Assembly (NCBI GenBank): GCA_009859145.1
Contig: VRVR01000037.1
Span: 14,892-78,891 of the forward strand
Source: Andalucia godoyi And28
Lineage: Eukaryota > Protista > Jakobida
Direction: 5' to 3'
Length of the DNA stretch: 64,000 nucleotides
Positions 1 to 9,972 of this stretch are shown in pieces. The first letter of the stretch is position 1. Each line of letters begins with the position of its first letter. The notes beneath the pieces were generated by a model. It was not told the origin of the DNA. It searched no databases and saw only the letters and a list, made by a program, of their open reading frames with translations. The position numbers were made by a program, and so were the translations under genes.

Positions 1-80
1 AATGCTATGCATGTTGCTGGGTTGCAACATTGATTATGGGTGATCAGTGATGATTATCCGTGGTCAGTGTACAATGTAGG
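1..80 (+). mobile_element. Right end of a Fanzor2/IS607-derived element, subfamily B, copy B1 (truncated by window start)
   Basis: 1-80 aligns ungapped to the reverse complement of 57359-57438 with 9 mismatches in 80 nt (hand count). It ends in ...AGTGTACAATGTAGG, the terminus shared with the other copies. Confidence 0.85.
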
Positions 81-183
81 CGTGCACGAGCCCCCGCGAC
101 CGGAAGAGCGGGAAGGGTCGAATGCTTATGAAACAGCAGTTTTCTACATCAGGAAAGAGAGGGGTGGGGGGAGGAGCGTGATT

Positions 184-2831
184 TTATTTTTCATCCATCA
201 CCAGAACGTCGCTCCAGGCTAGAGGTATACCATTGGACAGTAAGTTGTGGCAAATGCCAATGTACATCACGCAGGGCTTGTCTGCAACGGCACAATACTG
301 CATGTGCACGCTTTGGTACGCTTGCAGTTCCTCAATGCATGTTCCAAACTTCTTCGATTGGTAGTTTCGAATTGCTGATTCAAACAAGTCTTTCAGATGC
401 AATCGAACTTCGACGGGCGCATTGGGAATGTTGATGATGCTGTAGACTCCAGTCGGCAGAGCTTTTCCAACCACCTGTACCTTACCCAGGAACCGCAACA
501 CGACAGCGGGGTTTTCGCCGGTGGCAAGCACGCACATCTCTGAGAGCAGTGTTTGCACTTCAAAATGCTTGCATAAGGACTCCAGACGAGAGGCTAGGTT
601 GACTGTGTCTCCAATAACGGTGAAATTGAAGCGCGATTTCGAACCAAAATTACCGCACAGCGCTTGTCCTGAATGGAGACCGATGCGGCAGTCCAGTTCT
701 GGCAGTCCGCGTTCTCGCCACTCTGTCTGTAGATCTTGCAACCGTCGCATGCACTGCTGCGCAGATAGAATACCGCGACCTGGATGGTCTTCGACAGGCT
801 CTGGAGCGTTGAAAAAAGCCATAATACAGTCTCCAATGTACTTGTCAATGGTTCCTCCGTTCTCTTGGATAATATTCGAGAACTCCTCCAAGAATTCAGA
901 CATCACTTCGACAAGCTGGGCTGGCGGAAGAGCCTCCGAAAGCGAGGTGAAACCTTTCACATCCTATGAAAACGAAGTAAAAGGTGAGCGCTAGTTCACG
1001 TTCAGATCAAAATGGGGAATGAAGAAGAAAAAGAACGAAAACAGAGGAGTAAACGGAGAGAGAAAGAAAGAGAGAGAGGGAGAGAGGGAGAGAGAGGGAG
1101 AGAGAGAGCGGGGAGAGGAGAAAGACGGCATACACAAAACAGCACTGTGATATCAGCGGAATCCATGCCAAGACCGATGGAGCCCTGTGTCTTCAGAATT
1201 TGGCGCACAAGATTGGACGGCACATAGAGAGAGAATGCACGAATTCCGCGCTGCATAGAATCAAAGGAGGACTGCAGCTGGGATATTTCGTGAAACGTTG
1301 TTCTCCGTGCTCCCGATTCTTCGGGAAAGCGAAGCTGCGAAATTTCCAGCATCTGATGTCCAAGTTGGTCCAGTGGTTTGGCTACAAAATGCGTGAGGAT
1401 GACGGCGATAATGACAGCTGCCACGACGATACAGATGGTTACAATGAGCGTGTTTTGGTTAGCAGCATCGATTCGGCCCATGATCGCTTGTCGCGGGATC
1501 ATGACCGTTACGACCCAGCTGATCTCGTAGAACGAAAAGACTGTAGCTCCGACAAAATACTGTTCCGAAGAATCCAGTACAAACTGAGTATTGGACGGCA
1601 CGTTGGCCAGCGACCCATAGCGACTAATCAACTCATTCGCTCCGTCCTGAATTTGCCTCACGGTTGACTGGGAAGGCCTGATGCGAATGTAAGATGGAAC
1701 GCCCGCAGACGTACCGACGTAGTACACATCGCCTTGGTTTGCAGCAACCAGAAGACCGTCGGTGCGGTCCGAAATGAAAGAGTACGTGCCGCTGATGTCA
1801 CTGATGGACTGAAGAAAAACCTGCAGCTCATTGGTGGAGATGGACTTGCTTCCAAATCCAATCGACGAACCGCTGCTGTTTCGGATCATCCACGATGCCG
1901 GCTGGTACAGTCCAAACTCCAACACGTTTGGGACTCCAGTCTGCTCCAGCTGTCCCATGAAAACATCCAGCGTGGGCGGAGGATTGGCGGCTATAATATA
2001 GTCACGGACGCCACTGAACGACCGGGGATCCCAGGGGACCACCGTTATGTTTGGAAGTTCACGACCTTTGTTGGGCAAAGCGGGCACGTACGGAAACGCC
2101 GCCAGCTTTCCGCTCCATGCCGCCGGGTTTGCGATGGCCCAAGAAAATGTAGAAGCGGATGTGTTCGTTGCCCGCAACACGACCGCCCAGCCTGTCAGAT
2201 GAGAGTACAGCGACTGTGACCGCGGAACACTGTCTCGAATAATTTTCAATTGTGAAGGCCACAAAGAGTCAGTAAACTGTAACATGGAAGCCGAATTTGC
2301 GAGTGTATAGCCATGCTGAAACCAATACTCCCGATCGATTGTCGAAAGGTCACGCAGTTCCGTGAATTTTTTCTGCAGACGGTCCTGGACTCGCGACAGC
2401 ATCGAGGAACGGTACTTGTCGGTAATGTCTTCCACGGCGGCCATACCGTTGGACCACGAGAGATACCATGCGGACACTCCGGCGGCAACAATCATGATGA
2501 CCACCACTGTCATGAAGATAAGACGAATCGAGAACAGTCGTCGAGCCAACGCTCGCAGTTTGGACTGTCGCGCATGCTCGTCCTCCGTGTCGCTTCTTGC
2601 ATCCATAGTGATGAAAGCAGAGCTTTTGCGTCGCTTCATCATGTTCTGATCGCTGAGATATTTGTCAGAGGTCTTGAGTTCCTTTCCGTTGGACGGAGAC
2701 CGCAGACCCATTGCGGTAACCGAACCGCTGTCAGATCCGCACTCCACGTCGTTGTCCGACGACGGATGCACTGCAGACGGATGGCTGTGGGTCATCTGTT
2801 TCGCGTTTGCAGTGAACTGACCACGACGCAA
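184..2831 (-). CDS. Receptor-type class III adenylate cyclase (TM-Cache-like-TM-HAMP-cyclase); exons 2831-1134 and 963-184
   Basis: Splicing a GTATGC...CATAG intron (964-1133) joins ITVLFC to DVKGFTS in frame. Motifs: DKYIGDCIMAFF, RIGLHSG, FTVIGDTVNLASRLE. Two hydrophobic helices flank an extracellular domain, followed by HAMP-like AKPLDQLGHQM...EISQLQSSFDSM. Start codon uncertain. Confidence 0.9.
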
Positions 2832-3742
2832 GAAAGAATCGGTGAATAATCGAACAATCGAACAATCGGATAAACAATAAACGAATAAACGAATAAACGA
2901 ATAAACGGATGGCCTTTATGTGATGTCAGTGCACAGAAGTGCTCGAAACTGTGGAAAGTCCGATTTTTAAATATTTTTTTGAGCTCCGTGCTGGCTTCAC
3001 TGTCCACAATCGCCTTGGCCCACGTTCCCCTCACACACATGTTTGTTGTTTTCCGACACTGCAGCGACCTCCAGAGAACGAAACTGCTTGCTTTGCGACG
3101 ACGGTATAGTGAAAAACACCAGAAAGATGTCTCCATTTGGGAAATTAAGATTAAAAAATACCATCCGACGCCACCGCTGCTCGCACGCGTGACAAAGCAC
3201 CAGTGGTGCTCTCACACCCGCTGGCCAGCAAACGCCAGCAAACAACCTGAAGATGGAGAGAAACGCCCGAACTCCGCATCTCGTATTAGCAGGAATGTCC
3301 CCGCGTTGTAGGATGAGGGAACCCCAGACTCACTTTCTCCCTGCTGTCCGGTGCCCAATCGCCGAAGGCCGCGTGCCTGAGTACCTTTTCGAAATTTCCG
3401 CCTTGGTCGTTTTTGTGCATGTATATTTAAATAATAATGTATTAAAAATAATGGGGATAAAATAATAATATTTCTGTCATTATTCGGCATCGGCATGGAA
3501 TCACTGCATGGTGAAATGCGATGGCCCGTGTTCCACCAGAACCAGCGCGCAGCGACTTCCTCCGCACGGCATGGACCAGGAGAGCAACGTCCGTAACACG
3601 AAAGACGCTTTCCAAAGGGCAAAACTAGCGGGGATACAGAAAGGAGAGATGGTTCGAACACTGCATCGAATTTAATATACAAAGGATGGAAGGGAAAAAA
3701 TATCACAACATCACCTCTTCTGGAAAAACGATGTGTCGAAAC

Positions 3743-4767
3743 TTACAATCCTGAAACCTTGCAGTTTGCTGGGATGGTGTTGTTTCCCACAATTGATGCG
3801 CCCTCGGAGACATCGAGCTTGCAGCCACCCTTGAAAACAATAGTGTTACCATCCTTTCCTGGGAGGGGGAGGGGAACCTTGAGCAACAGCGGATGCAAGG
3901 CATTTTGCGACGAGACGCAGCCTCCGCGAATGACGAATTCGCACGAGCCAACACCAGAAATTCCAGTCTTTCCAGAGACGGTGCAGTTGATAAGCTCGAC
4001 CTTGACAGATCCTGAGCACTCAATCGCGATACCCTTCTTGGAGATCAAGTGGCAATTTTCCAGCGTCAAAACACCGGAGCCGCGCGCGCGGATGCACACA
4101 TCATCTGCAATGACTGTGCATCCCGTCATGGAAAGCTTGATGGAACCAGCCGTGCTGATGCCTTCCTTCGAAGCTACGTCGCACTCGGTGAGCGTTACGT
4201 TTCCACCTCCGTGCTTCGACACACCAACATTCTTTGCCTTGATGCTGCAGCGCATCAACACCAAGCTGGCCGCTCCAGAAACCGTCACACCGTCTTTCTG
4301 GGAGTCAACACAAATGTCGTGATACTCGGCAGTGCCGGTGGGCTTCTCAAAGGTGATGCCGTCTGCTCCTCCGGCAACTTCCGTGGGAGAAACACGGCCG
4401 CCACGGGCATAGGACAGATGGCACGTTGCGCAAACACGCTCTACCGTCGGCCAGTTGGGAAGCTTCGCATGAGAAAAGCAGCACGAGGTGCAAAACACTT
4501 TTCCGCAGTTACGGCAATGATGCTATTTATGTACACAAAAAGATGCAAAAAAAAAAAAAAAAGGAAAAGGAGGAGGAGGAGGAGGAATATTTCGGTTAGA
4601 CCAGTTCAGAAAAATTAATGGGGGGTATTGCAGGGTATGCATACCTTTCGGTTCATCATCGAGAAAGACTCGTTGCAACCGCAGCAGTTCTTGACATCCT
4701 TGTCTTGTTGCCAAAGAGGAGACTCCTTGGTGATGGGGGCATTCGCGAATTCAACAGCAGCAGTCAT
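3743..4767 (-). CDS. FYVE zinc-finger plus right-handed beta-helix repeat protein; exons 4767-4645 and 4522-3743
   Basis: A GTATGC...ATAG intron (4523-4644) joins WQQDKDVKNCCGCNESFSMMNRK to HHCRNCGKMFCTSC...RVCATC, a complete FYVE motif. Repeats such as VTLTECDV/LSMTGCTV/LTLENCHL/VELINCTV follow. 3' end may be spliced further. Confidence 0.85.
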
Positions 4768-5201
4768 TCCTCTTCTCTCTCTTTCTCTTTTTCTTTTCTT
4801 TCTTTTGGATACTCGAATACGATTGATCAGACGATAAAGATAACAGAGAAGAACAGAATATGGAATGAAGTGAAAAGAAAAGGAGGGAGGGGTAGGGAGA
4901 AAATGAGAGGATGGGGACCCGTAAATCGAGAGAAGCGGGGGAGGGGTGACCGACCGACGGCAGACGGAAAAAGAGCGAATTCCGTGACCAACGCTGACGA
5001 GGCTGACCCCGCTCGGGAAATGATTGGAAGTTGGGAACAAACAAAGTCCAAAAGCGGTTAACCTACGACCGGAAAAAGAAATGGTCCAGATTGCGCGTCG
5101 TGACGCAAGTCACTCCACCGCAAGGAACAAACAATGAGGCAAGAAGAGGATAATTTAAATATAAAAAAGAAACCAAGACACTCACATTTTCTCTTTCCTT
5201 T

Positions 5202-5238
<37 letters not shown>

Positions 5239-5267
5239 TTTTTTCATTTAATTTGCTTTTTTTCCTT

Positions 5268-6266
5268 TCAGCACGCGATTTTTTCAAATAAATAGTCAGA
5301 TGTCACGGATGCGCCCAACTGATAAAAGTAGTCGCGCTGCGGCTTACTATTGCAAGTCCAGACATTGACTCCGATCGACCGTTTGTGCCATTCCGAGACA
5401 ATCTGACTCGACACAAGGTTCTGGTCAAGGCCGACGAGTCCGATTCCAAGGAATGATGGCAGCCACGACCACAAGGAAAACTCAAGAAGCGCGTCCACGA
5501 TGGGAGCAGCTATTCTGAGCAGCGGAGTTGATGCCTCGGGGACCTCTGCGAGTGCATCTTGGAAAAACCTTCTCTTGATCAGGAGCATGGACACGATCTT
5601 CGGATCAATTCTGCGAACATGCCAAATTGACTGCGGGAAAAAGGATGCGACATAAGCGCGCTTATACAAGAAGGGATACTTCTGGTACAACTTCACAATT
5701 TCCTGGGCCATTCGACGCGGGTTCTTCACTTCTTTGATTTCAATCATGAAGCGCAGCTTCTCTTGCGAGCCCACAACCTTGACTGCATCTTCGAGCAGCG
5801 GAGGGCATTCTTTTGTCTGTGAAAGCACAAGAGGGCACTTCTGGACCTCGGAAGCAGTGAGATCGCGCAAATTTCCGTGTTTTCCACACAGTCTATCCAA
5901 GCTGTAGTCGTGGAAAATGACCGGAACGTTATCCTTTGTGAGATGAGTGTCAATTTCCACTCCATCGACGTTGTTTTCAATAGCAAGCTTGATGGAAGAG
6001 AGGCAATTTTCAGGCAGCGGTGCATGTTTCGACAAATGTTCGTAGCCGGCTTTCGGGAGCTTTTCCAAACGGCATCCACGATGACCAATGACAATCTTCT
6101 CGAATTGGTCATGCGAAGGAGAGGCTGGAAGTCTAAACATGAAATAAAAGATGGCAAAGGCCGGTATCAAGTACAGGCAGACCATTGCAAAGATATTCAC
6201 CGTCGACAAGATCAACTCCGAAGACGACAACATCAAGCCGGAAAACGCAACAAGGACAGACAGCAT
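5268..6266 (-). CDS. GDE1: Glycerophosphodiester phosphodiesterase (GDE1-like), N-terminally membrane anchored
   Basis: IGHRG, PENCL, GVEIDTHLTKD, IFHD, MIEIK, VNVWTCN and VTSDY motifs. ATG 6266 chosen over the longer ORF start. Confidence 0.85.
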   Translation of the reverse strand: MLSVLVAFSGLMLSSSELILSTVNIFAMVCLYLIPAFAIFYFMFRLPASPSHDQFEKIVIGHRGCRLEKLPKAGYEHLSKHAPLPENCLSSIKLAIENNVDGVEIDTHLTKDNVPVIFHDYSLDRLCGKHGNLRDLTASEVQKCPLVLSQTKECPPLLEDAVKVVGSQEKLRFMIEIKEVKNPRRMAQEIVKLYQKYPFLYKRAYVASFFPQSIWHVRRIDPKIVSMLLIKRRFFQDALAEVPEASTPLLRIAAPIVDALLEFSLWSWLPSFLGIGLVGLDQNLVSSQIVSEWHKRSIGVNVWTCNSKPQRDYFYQLGASVTSDYLFEKIAC

Positions 6267-6895
6267 TCCTGGATTCTCTACAGATGAACGGAAGGGGGGA
6301 GGAGGGGAGGAAAATAGAAGAAGAGAGAAAGAGAAAAAAAAAAGAGACAACAAGGATCGCGGAGGAAGAGCAAAATATGCAGAATGCACAAAGCTAGTTA
6401 GCTGGGACTGTCCAAGATGGACGCACGAGATCTCTGGTTTGCAAAAGTGTAGCTGTGGGAATGAAGACGGAGCAAGGAGGGAAATCAAGCTTGCAAAGAA
6501 GAGGAAGAGGAAAGAAAAGAAAGAAAGAACCTTAATTTATTTTTTTTTTAAAGTGCCAAATCAATGCTTCTCGTATCGTATCGTCGTTGCTCAGCAAACG
6601 TGCAAAACCAAAACAAAAAAAACTCCATGTGCCAAGCAAAATTTGATTTGGAAACTGACGTCCAGTTGACATGTGTCGACATGCGATGGATCTTTTTTTT
6701 AAATGAGTACAGAAGTACGACAGGGGACGCACAGATGTAATGCACGTGAACGGGGAGTGTGAGATTCACGGGAACGCTGTTTGGCGTGGGATCGAAATGG
6801 GGCCGGTGGAGAAAAGCGGTTTGCAATTCCTCTAGCGGAGAACATCTGCTCGCCTTTGCTCAGGGTCTCATCGCTTCCCCTGCTTACTACCAGCA

Positions 6896-8071
6896 ATGCA
6901 GCCGTCTGCGCATCCGTTGCATCAGAGTCTGCTCCTTCGTTACTTCAACGCAGCTGAGCGCGCTGTTGCAACAAGCGTCCCAATCACGGCAGGAGAAGAC
7001 GAGGGGCTTTACATCCCCCAGACAAGCAAGAGTGGCCATGCTCCAAAAGAATCGGGATATTTGTTTTTCAAACTTTTGCACCCGGTATCCGCCACCGCAG
7101 CACAAGGCAGCGGAACTGCAGAGACTGGAGATGATTTTGGCGCGGAGATGCGGCTGCCTGCCCATCTGTGCAAGTTGGAGGATGCCGTTGCGGAAGCAAA
7201 GAGACTGTGGTTGGAGGGTGAGGACAGAGAGTCGGCGAGGATTCTCGAAAACATCCGCTCCAAGAAGAACATCCACAAAGCGTACCGCAGTTTGTTGAAC
7301 ACCAACCTGCTGGCACTTTCCCCTGCAACCCCTCGCCCAGACTCTGCTTCCCGGACCGCAAGGACGATCGACCCACCTACGGAGTTCGCCCAGTTGTTTG
7401 AGGACGTAGATGCCGCGAACCAGGTTGTCCGGCAGAAGACAGGCACCGGAGAGGCATCTAGGCTCTGGGAGGAATCCGCGTCACGCAGCTTTGCGAGCAA
7501 ACCGTACTTTTTGCAGTTTTGCATCTTCAGAAGGATCGCATCGCCATCCTCGGCCCAGCTGATGGATGCTGAAGCAGCGGCAATGGAGATTCTGCGGAAC
7601 GCTCCGTTGTCGGGAGACGTTTGGTTCACTCTTGGGGTCCGGTACCTCGAACATGCAAAATACGAAGAAGCCAACAAGCTGATTCATTCGGCCATCTACT
7701 CAGATCCTCTGGAAATGGCATTTTGGCTGGCTTTGGTGAATTGCTACATTTTATCTGGCGATCCGACCAAGGCGCTGGTTGTTGGCCGAAAAGCGCTGCA
7801 CGTCAACAGGCATCCGCTGCTGCTCAACGCCATGGCAGTTGCTCATGTGACTCTGGGAAATCTGTCGGAAGCTGATCAGCTCTTTTCCGAGTCGCTTTCG
7901 CAGCAAGACTTCCCGGAAGTGCAGTCAAATTCCGCCCTGCCCCATCTGTATCGGAGAGACTGCAGTGTTGCAATACGCATTCTCGAACAAGCGGTCGCCT
8001 CATTTCCGAACTCTGCGTTGCTTCAATCAAACATGCGGAAACTGCGATCGCGAGGGCTGACGGGACACTAA
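6896..8071 (+). CDS. TPR-repeat protein, function unknown
   Basis: 391-aa ORF with C-terminal TPR-like repeats (VWFTLGVRYLEHAKYEEA, LLNAMAVAHVTLGNLSEA). Confidence 0.7.
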   Translation: MQPSAHPLHQSLLLRYFNAAERAVATSVPITAGEDEGLYIPQTSKSGHAPKESGYLFFKLLHPVSATAAQGSGTAETGDDFGAEMRLPAHLCKLEDAVAEAKRLWLEGEDRESARILENIRSKKNIHKAYRSLLNTNLLALSPATPRPDSASRTARTIDPPTEFAQLFEDVDAANQVVRQKTGTGEASRLWEESASRSFASKPYFLQFCIFRRIASPSSAQLMDAEAAAMEILRNAPLSGDVWFTLGVRYLEHAKYEEANKLIHSAIYSDPLEMAFWLALVNCYILSGDPTKALVVGRKALHVNRHPLLLNAMAVAHVTLGNLSEADQLFSESLSQQDFPEVQSNSALPHLYRRDCSVAIRILEQAVASFPNSALLQSNMRKLRSRGLTGH

Positions 8072-8101
8072 AGAACCCCGGATGCCGAAGAGACAGGAGG
8101 T

Positions 8102-8103
<2 letters not shown>

Positions 8104-8159
<56 letters not shown>
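8104..8159. repeat. (AG)n microsatellite
   Basis: Direct inspection. Confidence 0.95.
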
Positions 8160-8162
<3 letters not shown>

Positions 8163-8304
8163 GATTTCTGAATACTCACATGCACAAACTTTTTATGCAC
8201 CATGCCATGCCCCGTAGAACAAATGGCACGGCAGTTTTAATTGGGAGGAAGACGGGGGAAAGGGGATTGGAAAAGGTACGGAGTGGGAAACCAAACCGAT
8301 TTGT

Positions 8305-9354
8305 CTACTTCTGACGCTTGTAAATCTTGTGCAAAAGGAAGAAGAAAATATCATGGGGCAGATCATGGACAGCCTTGATGTCGGCACACAACACACCATA
8401 AACGTCTTCTTCGTATTTTTTGTAAATGGTCTCAAGATCCAACTCACGGTACAGCGCCTTAACTATGTCGATGCACTTGTCGTCATGCTTTCCATAATTC
8501 TCAAATAATATCTGCTTTTGCGCATCCGTTGCCATGCCAAGGGCGGTAACAACCAACCAGGAGCACTTTGCATCCTGGATGTCCGTTCCGATCTTGCCGA
8601 GGACTTCGGGATCCGCATACGCATCCAAGTAGTCATCTTGGATTTGGAAATATTCTCCCATCAAGCACAGTATCCTCTCTGTGGTGGCCAGGTTCTCGGC
8701 ATTTGCCTTTCCCACTTGGAGCATGGCAACCTGGACAGGCAACACAAATGAGTAGTATGCCGTCTTGTACTTGACAATTCTGCGATAGCGGTCCAAGGTA
8801 TACCGTGACCAGTCAATGGACGTTGCACCGGGGGGCGTCGTCGTAAGATCAAAATGCTGGCCAAGCTCGGTCATGTACGCAACCTGGTGAAAGATTTCCA
8901 CAATATCAATGTAATGTGCGTGGTCGCGAAGATGTTTCTTTAGCAGAAAGTAAATGTGAGACTCAAGAATGATGGAGTCGTTCACTGCCGCCACGCCAAC
9001 GCCTGGCATGCGGTACCAGCACGGAAGGCCTCGCCGAGTGATCGAGGCATCCATATAATCATCTGCCACCAGGAAAAACGCCTGAAGCAATTCGATGCAC
9101 CAACCAAGAACACATGATTGGTGGATCTCCTTGGCGGTCAGATCGCGACCGACCAAGGAGCGAGCTGCCGAGACAACCGCGAGACCGCGATTCATCTTTC
9201 CTCCCACACACGAATGCTCAAGTAAACACCGGAAATACTCTACAGTTTCTGCAGGAACATGATCATAATGGTCCAGATCCGCAAGAATCTCCTTTGCAAA
9301 TTCGTTCCAGGAAGCCTCAAAGACTTGCTTATCCTGCACAGCTTGGCCTGACAT
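8305..9354 (-). CDS. FDPS: Farnesyl diphosphate synthase
   Basis: FARM AFFLVADDYMD with two aromatics at -4/-5, RRG loop, KTAYYSF, SARM FQIQDDYLD, GKIGTDIQDAKCSW, C-terminal KIYKRQK. Confidence 0.95.
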   Translation of the reverse strand: MSGQAVQDKQVFEASWNEFAKEILADLDHYDHVPAETVEYFRCLLEHSCVGGKMNRGLAVVSAARSLVGRDLTAKEIHQSCVLGWCIELLQAFFLVADDYMDASITRRGLPCWYRMPGVGVAAVNDSIILESHIYFLLKKHLRDHAHYIDIVEIFHQVAYMTELGQHFDLTTTPPGATSIDWSRYTLDRYRRIVKYKTAYYSFVLPVQVAMLQVGKANAENLATTERILCLMGEYFQIQDDYLDAYADPEVLGKIGTDIQDAKCSWLVVTALGMATDAQKQILFENYGKHDDKCIDIVKALYRELDLETIYKKYEEDVYGVLCADIKAVHDLPHDIFFFLLHKIYKRQK

Positions 9355-9739
9355 CTTTTGGAAGAAGAAGAGAGAAAGGGGGTGGAGGGGAAACAGCCGA
9401 ATCGCAGCCGGAAATGTGCGAAAACCCGTCAACGCTCTGCACTCGGCATTTCTTCTTGTGCACCACAAGACAAGACCGAAAAACACTTCAAAAAGATCCA
9501 AGAAAAGGACGTACGGACGGACTCTGACACCGACTGACATGTCATTTGGACAGGACATGCAGTCTCAAAAACAAACGTTTGCTGTAATCGGGGGAGGATT
9601 GGAAAAACTGCCACCTTCTCTGTCTTTCATTTTTTCGGTTTCCTTTTTGTCCGGACTCCGGGAACCACGACGTCTTATTCCTGGTTGTGCTTGTTTTGTT
9701 TGGGGTGTTTGTGTGTCTGTGTGATTGTCTGTTTGTTTT

Positions 9740-9856
<117 letters not shown>

Positions 9857-9972
9857 CCTTCGTCTCCTGCATCCACATCCTGGCATTATAGTCATAATCA
9901 TAATTGTTGTTGCTGCTATTGCTTTCTCTGGCGGTGTCATTCGTTTGTTTGCTGTTGTCTGCATAAGCAAAG

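Noticed and set aside
2979-3706. Possible small gene between the cyclase and the FYVE gene
   Set aside because: Only short ORFs with no recognisable motif; no splice model could be built.
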